A stretch of DNA of 58,279 nucleotides from NCBI GenBank assembly GCA_045613965.1, contig JAZLBY010000065.1, forward strand, positions 1 to 58,279. The letters run 5' to 3'. Each line of letters begins with the position of its first letter. Position 1 is the first letter of the stretch. The notes beneath the pieces were generated by a model. The model did no database searches, was not told the DNA's origin, and saw only the letters and a list, made by a program, of their open reading frames with translations. Origin of the DNA: Candidatus Scatovivens sp. (GTDB lineage Bacteria; Bacillota; Clostridia; TANB77; CAG-508). Positions 27,901 to 36,074 of this stretch are shown one piece after another. The translations under genes were made by a program, and so were the position numbers.

Positions 27901-28149
27901 ACAAACCCTGATGAAAATAAAGATCCTTCTAATGAAGAAAACAAAGATACAGAAACACCAAAAGAAGAAAATAAAGAAGAGACTAAAAAACCAACAACAA
28001 GTACAACAACTCAACAAGCAGTTGAAAGTTTAGTAACTTCTCCACATACAGGAGATATGAATATTAAAGCTCTAGCGGTAATGATGTTAGTTTCAATAGT
28101 AGGAATGTTCACTAGATTCAAAACGATTGATTTAATAATTAACAAATAA
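24961..28149 (+). CDS. cell-wall-anchored surface protein: N-terminal cohesin-like module, 9 Big_2 modules, acidic linker, SPHTG sortase-B-type sorting signal
   Basis: Signal peptide, then cohesin-like block VGETFSVDVNLSEG..MVTVMLGFDPAYVEPV...GRVATVTFKVIQQGDTQVEI. Nine recurrences of the Big_2 motif (for example VVTVDQTGLVTAVGTGNTEVKVS). A D/E/K/N-rich linker follows. The C-terminus is SPHTG + hydrophobic ALAVMMLVSIVGMF + TRFK. Confidence 0.85.
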   Translation: MRIRRKIIASLLILAILSPFIPNLVTHASTPIFSLQVNGVPNATAIADVGETFSVDVNLSEGLENQKMVTVMLGFDPAYVEPVPDIDDGIEKKLITGKSLNADIAPGYSVATGLIGTNDVMMTFVTPAGIAKSGRVATVTFKVIQQGDTQVEITSASYCADPESPEAELNTPVIIPTVSSVNLKNPIPMTGLIIQTPSILMNKGGGKVITAEKQPANTTNTDRIIWTTSNSAVVTVNDGHLVAVGPGTATITAKCSGFEATAEVEVRNPLTGVTVNENELNLSKGDKYQLVAERVPADTTSTSRLSWVSLDNKVVTVDQTGLVTAVGTGNTEVKVSCGAFSKTVKVSVTAPLLGISFDSDDIAIDLGGKTKLNLIKDPIDTTDTTPTEWSSSDESIVTVDENGQIEGIAHGRAVVTAKVGSFKAMIAVIVNAHIESIEIINDAIDENRNIELYKGQSTELSVVFKPDVFVEARTIKWSTNADNIVKIENGVITALAPGQAKIKAETVNKITDEITVTVPYVNAQKLVIDKNELALEKGEAVQLSATILPENTTDDKTVKWKSLDGSIASVDENGVVTAKGTGFTTIVASAAGLTATCPVTVTCSLTDITLNHTEISADLGVPVIDVLKVTKVPVDATIDESETIWRSLNETVATVNNGIITAVGPGTAVIEAELGGRIARCKVVVNVQLTGVELENGDTPLEIKVGQMSKLNPVFLPANVTKVPIPEWTTSDENIVTVDNKGLIVAKSEGQAEITVDYGNGIKASRIVKVSRVHADSVVFDKKIETLIKGEEAVLVAKLVPELAVDEISWSSSDESIATVDQAGNVKAIKSGKVKITATSSNGKSATMEITVKEAQLEFVTLTLEKTELKEGETTKSTVTFNPETITDEVTITYSSSNESMATVDNFGVVTAKKAGEVIITVDVIAINDAGDEKGFSSLVDLTIIEVPTTDGQIDPDKEPTGDNEDKDQESEGDKENSDTTNPDENKDPSNEENKDTETPKEENKEETKKPTTSTTTQQAVESLVTSPHTGDMNIKALAVMMLVSIVGMFTRFKTIDLIINK
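25513..27800 (+). repeat. array of 9 tandem Big_2 (bacterial Ig-like group 2) modules, a protein-level repeat
   Basis: Modules were counted by the recurring motif x(V/A)T(V)(D/N)xxGx(V/I)xAxxxGxAx(I/V). The DNA copies are diverged, not identical. Confidence 0.75.
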
Positions 28150-28156
28150 TAAAGTT

Positions 28157-28188
28157 GGAGGCATAGAAAAATAATATGCCTCCTTTTT
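28157..28188 (+). terminator. intrinsic terminator after the large surface protein gene
   Basis: Stem ggaggcata/tatgcctcc is followed by TTTTT. Confidence 0.8.
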
Positions 28189-28212
28189 ATAATAAATAGG
28201 AGTTCAGAAATT

Positions 28213-29022
28213 ATGGCAGTAAAAAAACAACCAAAAGATTTAAGTAAAATGAGTAAAAGACTACAAAATAAAGTTATTAGAAATGCTGTATTATTTGTGC
28301 TTTTCTTAATAATGTTTATTTTCTCAGTTGTAAATTTAATTAGATGGGCAGTTTATAATGGTAAATCTGAAAGTCTAAAAAACCAATTGATTGAAAGTAG
28401 TTTTTCTGAGATTCCAAAAGATAAATATGCAAATACAAGAGATACTAAAAAGAAAAATCCAGTTGATTTTGACTCTTTAAAAGATAAAAATACTGATACT
28501 GTTGCTTGGATAAAAATTCCAGGTACAACAGTTGATTATCCAGTTGTTCAAACAACTAATAATGAATATTATTTGCATAAAGATTTTGATAGAAAATATA
28601 GTACATGTGGATGGATATTTATGGACTTTAAAAATAGTGCAAAAATGATTGATAAAAACACTGTTTTATATGGCCACAATATTAAGTCAGGTATAATGTT
28701 TGCTGACTTACAAAAGATACTTGATAATGAAATTGAAGGAGATGTAAATATTGAAGTTTATACTCCATATGAAAAATTAAATTATAAAGTATTCTCATCA
28801 TATATGACTTATCCAGATGATTATGCTATAAAATCAAATATTGTTGATGATGAAACACAAGGAGCATTTATTCGCGAAATGCTTGATAGATCAGAAACAA
28901 TTTATAATTTAGTACCTTATAAAACAGACAAAGTTTTAACATTATCTACTTGTGATGATAGTGGTTCACAACGTATTTTAATTCATGCTGTTTATGTAGG
29001 TGGAGAAATTTATAAATATTAA
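28213..29022 (+). CDS. srtB: class B sortase
   Basis: N-terminal TM. Motif TVAWIKIPGTTVDYPVVQTTNNEYYLHKDFDRKYSTCGWIFMD. Catalytic His in LYGHN, Cys in LTLSTCDD, Arg in QRILIHA. Confidence 0.85.
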   Translation: MAVKKQPKDLSKMSKRLQNKVIRNAVLFVLFLIMFIFSVVNLIRWAVYNGKSESLKNQLIESSFSEIPKDKYANTRDTKKKNPVDFDSLKDKNTDTVAWIKIPGTTVDYPVVQTTNNEYYLHKDFDRKYSTCGWIFMDFKNSAKMIDKNTVLYGHNIKSGIMFADLQKILDNEIEGDVNIEVYTPYEKLNYKVFSSYMTYPDDYAIKSNIVDDETQGAFIREMLDRSETIYNLVPYKTDKVLTLSTCDDSGSQRILIHAVYVGGEIYKY

Positions 29023-29033
29023 AGGATTAACAT

Positions 29034-31025
29034 ATGAAGAATAAAAAACTTATAGTTTTAATAATATTTTTAATTGGATTATTTGTAGCAATTCCATCAT
29101 TTGCAACTGAAATGGTGGAAACTGTTGATATGAGTCCTAAAAATTATTATAAGTTAAGAGAAGAATTTTATAAAAAACCAAATAAAGAACCTGCAAAGTT
29201 TTCAGTTGCAGTTAATAGTCAAACATCGATAGTAGATTATTTAGCTACTGAAGCGATGGTACAAAAAGAAAATATTGATATATCTCAGTTTAATATTACA
29301 ACAAGCGAGCTTACTAAAATAGTATTAGCTGTTTTTGATAGACCTGAAATGTATGCATTAGGTTCATCATATAAGTATTATTATAGAATAGATCCAGATA
29401 CAAATATAAAATATGTATTAAGCATAGAATTTAAATATATAATGACGCTTAATGAATATTTAGAAGCAGAAACAATAATAAATAAAGCAAAAAATTTATA
29501 TTTATCTGGGATCAAACCTGAATGGAATGATTTAGAGAAAATAGTATATACAAATAATTTCTTGTGTCAATATTGTACATATGCATCAAATATAATAGAG
29601 TCTTCTCACACATTATATGGAGCTTTAGTTGATAGATTACCAGTTTGTGATGGTTATTCAAAAGCATTTAAATTTTTAACTGAAGCAGCTGGAATAAAAT
29701 CAATTGTTGTTACAAGTTTTGATATGGAACATGCTTGGAACATGGTTGAATATAACGGTGATTATTATCATTTAGATGTTACATGGAATGATGATAATGC
29801 TGGAGTTGGTAGAACAACTTATAGATATTTTTTAGCTAGCGATTCAGGATTTTCTGATTCAAATAGAAATCACTATTCATGGATGGCAGAAAATGATTTA
29901 ACTGCTAATAATACTCAATTTGATGGAACTAATACACCATGGGGTATTGATTATTATAGAAGTTATTTGATGTATAATGATGGTTACTGGTATTCTTTAG
30001 ATAATATAAAAAATGTAAATTATATAAATATTTGCAAACAAAGTTTAAGAAATTTTAATGATAAAACTATTACTAAGAAAGATACTTCAGACTTAGTTTT
30101 TGCAAATCCAAGTTATACAACTGATAATGATTATATTTATTTTACAACTCAAAATATGATTATGCAGATGAAATTTGATGGACAAGATATGAAGTCAATT
30201 TTTATGAATCCTAATCAAGGTTCTAAAGTGCTTTTTGGAATAGAATATAAAGATAAAAAATTCTATTATGATACTCTTGATTTAGTTAATAATTCTGCAA
30301 ATACATCTACAAGAAAAACTTATGAATTAAATTTTGTATTAATTCAAGGTGTAGAAGTAGATGAAGTTATAGAGTTAAATGTTGATGAAGAAAAAACATT
30401 AACTGCAAAAATATTACCAGAAAATACTAGTATGGATAAAAAATTAACTTGGACTTCATCAGATACATCAGTAGCAACTGTTGATCAAAATGGAGTTGTT
30501 AAAGGCGTTGCAGCAGGTAATGCGGTAATAACTGTTATGACATCAAATGGAAAGAAAGATACTTGTTCTGTAACAGTAAATGGAATTCCAGAAGAAGTTG
30601 TATATACTAATTTAGCAATAGAAGAAATTGATGGAAAATATGTAATTAAGTTTCCAGTTAAAACAACAATAAATTCATCATTGAGTATTGATAATTTCCC
30701 AGTTTTAGGTAAGGGTTATACCGTTGAAGTTTATACAAGTGATGATGCATTTAAATCTGTTTTAGATTATTATGGTTCAAAAAATATTATAAAAATAAAA
30801 AAAGATGGTAATGTTGAACAAGAATATCTAGTAATTGTAAATGGAGATGTAAACGGTGATGGAAAAGCAATGTTATATGATGCTTTTCAAATACTAAAAG
30901 ATACAATTCTTCCAGGTACAGTATTAGATGATTTTGATAAATTGATTAGAGATGCAAATAATGATGGATTTATAATGTTATATGATGCATTTCAATTCTT
31001 GAAAAGATCAATTTTAGGTATTTAA
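29034..31025 (+). CDS. secreted transglutaminase-like (Cys-His-Asp) enzyme with one Big_2 module and a C-terminal dockerin
   Basis: Signal peptide. Core motifs VCDGYSKAFKFL (Cys codon at 29646-29648), EHAWNMVEY and YHLDVTWND. Big_2 motif SVATVDQNGVVKGVAAGNAVITV. Dockerin segments DVNGDGKAMLYDAFQILK and DANNDGFIMLYDAFQFLK. Confidence 0.8.
   Translation: MKNKKLIVLIIFLIGLFVAIPSFATEMVETVDMSPKNYYKLREEFYKKPNKEPAKFSVAVNSQTSIVDYLATEAMVQKENIDISQFNITTSELTKIVLAVFDRPEMYALGSSYKYYYRIDPDTNIKYVLSIEFKYIMTLNEYLEAETIINKAKNLYLSGIKPEWNDLEKIVYTNNFLCQYCTYASNIIESSHTLYGALVDRLPVCDGYSKAFKFLTEAAGIKSIVVTSFDMEHAWNMVEYNGDYYHLDVTWNDDNAGVGRTTYRYFLASDSGFSDSNRNHYSWMAENDLTANNTQFDGTNTPWGIDYYRSYLMYNDGYWYSLDNIKNVNYINICKQSLRNFNDKTITKKDTSDLVFANPSYTTDNDYIYFTTQNMIMQMKFDGQDMKSIFMNPNQGSKVLFGIEYKDKKFYYDTLDLVNNSANTSTRKTYELNFVLIQGVEVDEVIELNVDEEKTLTAKILPENTSMDKKLTWTSSDTSVATVDQNGVVKGVAAGNAVITVMTSNGKKDTCSVTVNGIPEEVVYTNLAIEEIDGKYVIKFPVKTTINSSLSIDNFPVLGKGYTVEVYTSDDAFKSVLDYYGSKNIIKIKKDGNVEQEYLVIVNGDVNGDGKAMLYDAFQILKDTILPGTVLDDFDKLIRDANNDGFIMLYDAFQFLKRSILGI
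30840..31022 (+). other. dockerin module (two EF-hand-like Ca2+-binding segments) at the C-terminus of the transglutaminase-like protein
   Basis: Both 12-residue loops fit D-x-N-x-D-G-x(5)-D (DVNGDGKAMLYD and DANNDGFIMLYD). Each is followed by a helix AFQ(I/F)LK. Confidence 0.75.
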
Positions 31026-31033
31026 ATAAAAGG

Positions 31034-31444
31034 ATGTTTATGAAAGAGATAGAAATAGTAAAAGAAAGATTATTGAATAAAGACGCAAGTTTAGTTGTAA
31101 TGTTTAAAGATGGAAATATAAAGGAATACTATAATAAAAGAGTTATAGATATTGTAAGTATTTTAAAAGAAAATGAAACAGCATTAAATGATGCAATAGT
31201 AGCTGATAAAATTATTGGTAAAGTTGCTGCGTCTCTTTTAATAAAAGGAAAAATAAAAGCTCTTTATGCAAAAACATTGAGTAAATATGGAAGAGAAGTT
31301 CTTGATGAAAACGGTATTTATTATGAGTATGATGAAGAGACTGAATATGTTATAAATAATGATAAAACTGGAATGTGTCCAATGGAAAATAAATTTAAAG
31401 ATGAAAAGAATTTAGATATAATCTATGATTTTTTTGTTAATTAA
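31034..31444 (+). CDS. DUF1893-family protein
   Basis: 136 aa with the pattern SLVVMFKDGNI..VADKIIGKVAASLL..GKIKALYAKTLS..NNDKTGMCPMEN, as I recall for DUF1893 (TM1506-like) proteins. Confidence 0.65.
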   Translation: MFMKEIEIVKERLLNKDASLVVMFKDGNIKEYYNKRVIDIVSILKENETALNDAIVADKIIGKVAASLLIKGKIKALYAKTLSKYGREVLDENGIYYEYDEETEYVINNDKTGMCPMENKFKDEKNLDIIYDFFVN

Positions 31445-31468
31445 TGGCATCGATAGATGTCATTTTTT
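31444..31468 (+). terminator. intrinsic terminator ending the srtB operon
   Basis: Stem atggcatc/gatgtcat (one G-U pair) is followed by TTTTTT. Confidence 0.7.
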
Positions 31469-31618
31469 ATTATAAAGTGAGCATTAAAGAGATAATGTAT
31501 AAAAGCGTGTGATAAATGTTTAAATATATGTATTTTTATTTAAATTCTTGCTTGCTTTTAATGTGTTTTATAAATATAATGGTTGTGTAATTTATATATA
31601 AGAAAGGATTTTTTTAAT

Positions 31619-32248
31619 ATGAAAAAAGCATTAATAATAATTGCAATTGTTGCAGTTGTGGCTGTAGCAGCTTTCTTTGTAGTAAAACCAATGTTACAAA
31701 AAGCTGAAAATACAGTAGATGAAGTAAAATCTAATTTAGTTTTAAATACAGCAGAAGATTTAACAAACTTCGTAACAAAATTATATGAAGGAAATGATAA
31801 TTTATATGGTAGTTTAATGACACAAGCTATAGATCCAACAGATAATGATAGTGTTGCATATATGACAGGGTTAGATAATGGAAATGATGTACAATTTTGT
31901 GTTGTTTCTGAACCAATGATGTCATCACAAGCATATTCTTTAGTTATTGTTAAAGTAAAAGAAGGTGTTGATGTAAATGCAGCAGCTAAAAAAATGAACG
32001 AAAACATTAATATGAGAAAATGGATTTGTGTTGAAGCTGAAAAAGCTTATACAACAAGCAGTGGAGATATAATCTGCTTAGTAATGTCTTCAGAAGAGAT
32101 GGCTAAACCAGTTTATGAAAAATTCAAAACATTAGCTGGCGGTATAGGAGAAGAATTCGTAAGAACAGCTGAAGTTGTAGAAATGCCTGATGATATGATG
32201 CCTGGAATGGATGAAGTTCCAGCTTATGATGGTGAACCAGCTGTATAA
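31619..32248 (+). CDS. hypothetical membrane-anchored extracytoplasmic protein
   Basis: The ATG at 31619 gives MKKALIIIAIVAVVAVAAFFVV. The longer ORF-track start at 31583 lacks an RBS. The C-terminal tail is acidic and Pro/Met-rich. Confidence 0.65.
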   Translation: MKKALIIIAIVAVVAVAAFFVVKPMLQKAENTVDEVKSNLVLNTAEDLTNFVTKLYEGNDNLYGSLMTQAIDPTDNDSVAYMTGLDNGNDVQFCVVSEPMMSSQAYSLVIVKVKEGVDVNAAAKKMNENINMRKWICVEAEKAYTTSSGDIICLVMSSEEMAKPVYEKFKTLAGGIGEEFVRTAEVVEMPDDMMPGMDEVPAYDGEPAV

Positions 32249-32266
32249 TAAATGATAAATCAATAA

Positions 32267-32296
32267 AGCGCCGCAATTATTTACGGCGTTTTATTT
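32267..32296 (+). terminator. intrinsic terminator
   Basis: Stem gcgccg/cggcgt is followed by TTTaTTT. Confidence 0.65.
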
Positions 32297-32312
32297 GTTA
32301 TAAGGAGTACGT

Positions 32313-33698
32313 ATGATTTTTTCAAGTATAACTTTTTTGTTTTATTTTTTACCGGTACTTTTAATCATATATTATTTAGTGCCTAAAAAAGCAAAAAATA
32401 TAGTATTGCTTGTTTCATCAATGTTATTTTATTTTGTTGGTGAACCAAAGTATATTTTTTTAATGCTTGTTTCAATATTAGTTACATATATATTTGGACT
32501 GTTAATAAGTAAATATGAAAAACATTCTAAAATTTTGCTTACAGTAGCATTAATTATTACTGGAAGCTTTTTAGTGTTCTTTAAATATTTTGACTTTTTA
32601 ATTGAAAATGTTAATTTATTTTTAAATAATAAACTGGATTTATTACATTTAGCTCTTCCTGTAGGAATCTCTTTCTATACATTCCAAATGATGAGTTATT
32701 TAATAGATGTATATAGAAAAGAAGTTCCAGCTCAAAAGAATATTTTGACATTAGCGTTATATGTTGTATTATTTCCTCAATTAATAGCAGGACCAATAGT
32801 TAGATATACAACAGTAGTAAAAGAATTAGAAGATAGAGAACATACTTTTGAAAAGTTTTCAAAAGGAGTAACAAGATTTACAATAGGTCTTGGTAAGAAA
32901 GTTTTAATTGCAAATGTAATAGGAGAACTTGCTAGTATATTCTTAGCATCAGGAGATAGAAGTGTTTTATATCATTGGATGTATGGAATTGCAGTAATGA
33001 TGCAAATTTATTTTGATTTTTCAGGATATTCAGATATGGCAATTGGTCTAGGAAAGATGTTTGCGTTCGAGTATAATGAAAACTTTAATTATCCATATAT
33101 AGCAACAAGTATAACAGAGTTTTGGAGAAGATGGCACATGTCACTATCTTCATGGTTTAGAGATTACGTATATATACCACTTGGTGGAAATAGAGTAAGT
33201 AAAATTAAATGGATTAGAAATATTTTTGTTGTATGGTTATTTACAGGAATATGGCATGGAGCAGCTTGGAATTTTGTAGTGTGGGGATTATATTTCGCGG
33301 TAATACTATTAATAGAAAAAATATTACTTAAAAAATATTTAGATAAAATGCCTAAAATATTTTCTAACATTTATACTTGTATACTAGTAATGATAAGTTT
33401 TATTATTTTTAATGGTAATGGAATCAAAGATATTTCAGAGAATCTTTTAGGATTAATAGGATATAATGGAATACCACTCGTAAGTGCAGAATCTATTTAT
33501 TATTTCAAAAGTTATTTTATAATTTTTGTTTTGGCTATAATTGGTTCAACACCACTTATGAAAATGATAGTAAATTCAGAAAAATTAAAGAAAGTATCAA
33601 ATGTATTAGAACCAGTATTTGTAGTAATAATTTTACTAGTATCTACAGCATTTATTGTTGATGGTTCATTTAATCCATTTTTATACTTTAGATTTTAG
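32313..33698 (+). CDS. MBOAT-family membrane O-acyltransferase (AlgI/DltB-like)
   Basis: Polytopic protein with the MBOAT signature FWRRWHMSLSSWFRDYVYIPLGGNR and a downstream WHGAAWNF. Confidence 0.85.
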   Translation: MIFSSITFLFYFLPVLLIIYYLVPKKAKNIVLLVSSMLFYFVGEPKYIFLMLVSILVTYIFGLLISKYEKHSKILLTVALIITGSFLVFFKYFDFLIENVNLFLNNKLDLLHLALPVGISFYTFQMMSYLIDVYRKEVPAQKNILTLALYVVLFPQLIAGPIVRYTTVVKELEDREHTFEKFSKGVTRFTIGLGKKVLIANVIGELASIFLASGDRSVLYHWMYGIAVMMQIYFDFSGYSDMAIGLGKMFAFEYNENFNYPYIATSITEFWRRWHMSLSSWFRDYVYIPLGGNRVSKIKWIRNIFVVWLFTGIWHGAAWNFVVWGLYFAVILLIEKILLKKYLDKMPKIFSNIYTCILVMISFIIFNGNGIKDISENLLGLIGYNGIPLVSAESIYYFKSYFIIFVLAIIGSTPLMKMIVNSEKLKKVSNVLEPVFVVIILLVSTAFIVDGSFNPFLYFRF

Positions 33699-33707
33699 GA
33701 GGGAATT

Positions 33708-34784
33708 ATGAAAGTAAAAAATATTATAATTACAGCATTATTCTCTCTTATAACAGTAGGATTTTTGATAATGAATATCGCTATAGAAGACAAAGATATC
33801 TCATTAGAAGAGAGAAGAAAACTTGCTAAATTACCAGAGTTTACAAAGGAAAATATATTTTCAAGTGATTTGATTAATAAGTTTGAAAGTTATGCTGTTG
33901 ATCAAATTGCGTTTAGAAAAGAATTAAGATCTTTGAAATCTCTTGTAAATGTTAAACTATTAGGGCAAAAAGATGATAATAAATATTTTGAAAAAGATGG
34001 TGCTATATATAAAATTGAATATCCAATTAATTATTCAAATCTAGAAAAAACAACTAATCTTTTGAAAAATGTTTATGATAAATATTTAAAAAATATGAAT
34101 GTGTATTATGCAATAATACCAGATAAAAATTTTTATTTAGAAGATGATCATTTAAAAATTAATTATGATGAATTAAAAGAATTGGTTAATAAAAAATTCA
34201 CAAATATAGAGTATATTGATATATGGAATGAACTTAGTTTAGATTCTTATTACAAAACAGATATACACTGGAGACAAGAACATTTAGAAAAAGTAGCAAA
34301 TAAAATTACTACATCAATGGGAAATGAAGATTTAAATTCTGCATATGAAAAACAAAATGTCGGTAAATTCTATGGAACATACTATGGTCAAATTGCAGCT
34401 GAAGTTGAAGCAGATGAGATGTATATTTTAAAGAATGAAATTATAGATAATGCGGTTGTATATAACTATGAAACAAATGAAGTTTTAGGAGTATATGATA
34501 CTAAAGACACTAATGATAAATATGATATTTATTTATCAGGAGCAACACCACTTATTGGAATTAAAAACCCAAATGTAAAAAATGGTAAAGAGTTATTAAT
34601 ATTTAGAGATTCATTTGGAAGTAGTTTAGCACCACTGTTAATAGAAGATTATGAAAATATAATATTAATTGACTTAAGATATATTTCGAGTCAAATAATA
34701 GATAAATTTGTTGAATTTAAAGATGGACAAGATGTACTTTTCATATATAGTACAATGCTCTTAAATCAAAATATCCTAAAATAA
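33708..34784 (+). CDS. DHHW-family (AlgX/AlgJ/DltD-like SGNH) extracytoplasmic partner of the MBOAT
   Basis: N-terminal TM anchor. DHHW-position motif YYKTDIHWRQEH (DIHW variant) and FRDSFGSSL. Confidence 0.7.
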   Translation: MKVKNIIITALFSLITVGFLIMNIAIEDKDISLEERRKLAKLPEFTKENIFSSDLINKFESYAVDQIAFRKELRSLKSLVNVKLLGQKDDNKYFEKDGAIYKIEYPINYSNLEKTTNLLKNVYDKYLKNMNVYYAIIPDKNFYLEDDHLKINYDELKELVNKKFTNIEYIDIWNELSLDSYYKTDIHWRQEHLEKVANKITTSMGNEDLNSAYEKQNVGKFYGTYYGQIAAEVEADEMYILKNEIIDNAVVYNYETNEVLGVYDTKDTNDKYDIYLSGATPLIGIKNPNVKNGKELLIFRDSFGSSLAPLLIEDYENIILIDLRYISSQIIDKFVEFKDGQDVLFIYSTMLLNQNILK

Positions 34785-34846
34785 AGGAGATAAAATGAAG
34801 AAAATTTAAATAATAGATAAAAAATATTATTAATAAGGAGGATATA

Positions 34847-35974
34847 ATGAACACTGAAAAAGAAGAAACAAAAAAATGGATTAAAATTATATTATTTGCA
34901 CTTATTGGTCTTCTGATAGTATTAAATTTTAATTCTACACTTGGATTTATTGGTAAGTTTATGGATATAATTAGTCCATTTGTAGTTGGTGCTGCACTTG
35001 CTTTTATATTAAATATACCAATGATTGCATTTGAAACAAAACTTTTAAAATTTAAAACTAAAGGTGGAAAAAAATTAAATAAAGGTTTAGTAAGAATAGT
35101 ATCATTATTATTAGCAATATTTGTAATAGGATTTATTATTACTTTAATCGTTAATTTAATACTTCCAGAAATTATTAATATAGCTAAATTATTAGTTGAG
35201 AATTTTCCTAAATACGCTACAGAGATTAAAAATTTTGCAATTGATGTAACAACTAATATACCAGAAGTTAGAGAGGCAATAGAAAATATAGATATTGCAA
35301 AACTTGGATCTGGTGAACAAGTTAAAAATATAGCAACAAATGTTATAACTACATCAATATCATTTGCAAGTAACTTAATAGGAAGTATATTTAATACAGT
35401 TGTATCTTTAGTATTTGCTATTTATATTTTAACAAGTAAAGATAAATTAAAAGCACAATCTAAAAAGATTTTATATGCATATTTTGAAAATGAAAAAGCA
35501 GAAAAAATTATTGAATTTGGAAGAACTTCAAGAAGAATATTTAAAAACTTTATTACAGGTCAATGCTTAGAAGCAACATTACTTGGAATTTTAAGCATAA
35601 TTGGTATGCTTGTTCTTAGAATACCATATGCTGTACCAATAGGAGTATTAATTGGAGTAACAGCATTAATTCCAATAGTAGGTGCATTTATTGGTATAAT
35701 TATTGGCGCTATATTAATTCTTTCAGTTGAACCATTAAAAGTAATGACATTCTTAATATTTATATTAATACTTCAACAAATAGAAGGAAACTTAATATAT
35801 CCAAAAGTAGTAGGTGATTCAGTAGGATTACCAGGAATTTGGGTGCTTGTTGCAGTAGCAGTTGGTGGAGATTTATTTGGATTAATAGGAATGCTATTAG
35901 GACTTCCAATTGCATCAATTTTATATACAGTAGTTAAAGATAACGTAAATTTAAGATTATCTAAGAAAAGTTAA
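34847..35974 (+). CDS. AI-2E family transporter (PerM/YtvI-like permease)
   Basis: Polytopic protein with the conserved QQIEGNLIYPKVVGDSVGLP. Confidence 0.85.
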   Translation: MNTEKEETKKWIKIILFALIGLLIVLNFNSTLGFIGKFMDIISPFVVGAALAFILNIPMIAFETKLLKFKTKGGKKLNKGLVRIVSLLLAIFVIGFIITLIVNLILPEIINIAKLLVENFPKYATEIKNFAIDVTTNIPEVREAIENIDIAKLGSGEQVKNIATNVITTSISFASNLIGSIFNTVVSLVFAIYILTSKDKLKAQSKKILYAYFENEKAEKIIEFGRTSRRIFKNFITGQCLEATLLGILSIIGMLVLRIPYAVPIGVLIGVTALIPIVGAFIGIIIGAILILSVEPLKVMTFLIFILILQQIEGNLIYPKVVGDSVGLPGIWVLVAVAVGGDLFGLIGMLLGLPIASILYTVVKDNVNLRLSKKS

Positions 35975-36074
35975 TAAATAAGCTGTTCACATAAAAGGCA
36001 CAATTGCATCATTAATAAGTCAAACAAATTGGTTATTATTAAAGCAATTCTTTTTATAAGGAGGGAATATCCCA

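Noticed and set aside
34795-34809. Four-codon mini-ORF (MKKI-stop) with a strong AAGGAGA RBS between the DHHW gene and the AI-2E transporter gene.
   Set aside because: It is too short to evaluate from sequence alone. It may be a remnant of a signal-peptide start or a chance ATG after the upstream gene's stop region.
36063-36073. GGGAATATCCC as a true palindromic operator.
   Set aside because: It is not a perfect palindrome; its reverse complement is GGGATATTCCC. It overlaps the RBS, so it may simply be part of the SD region. It is kept only as a shared-motif remark within the islet finding.
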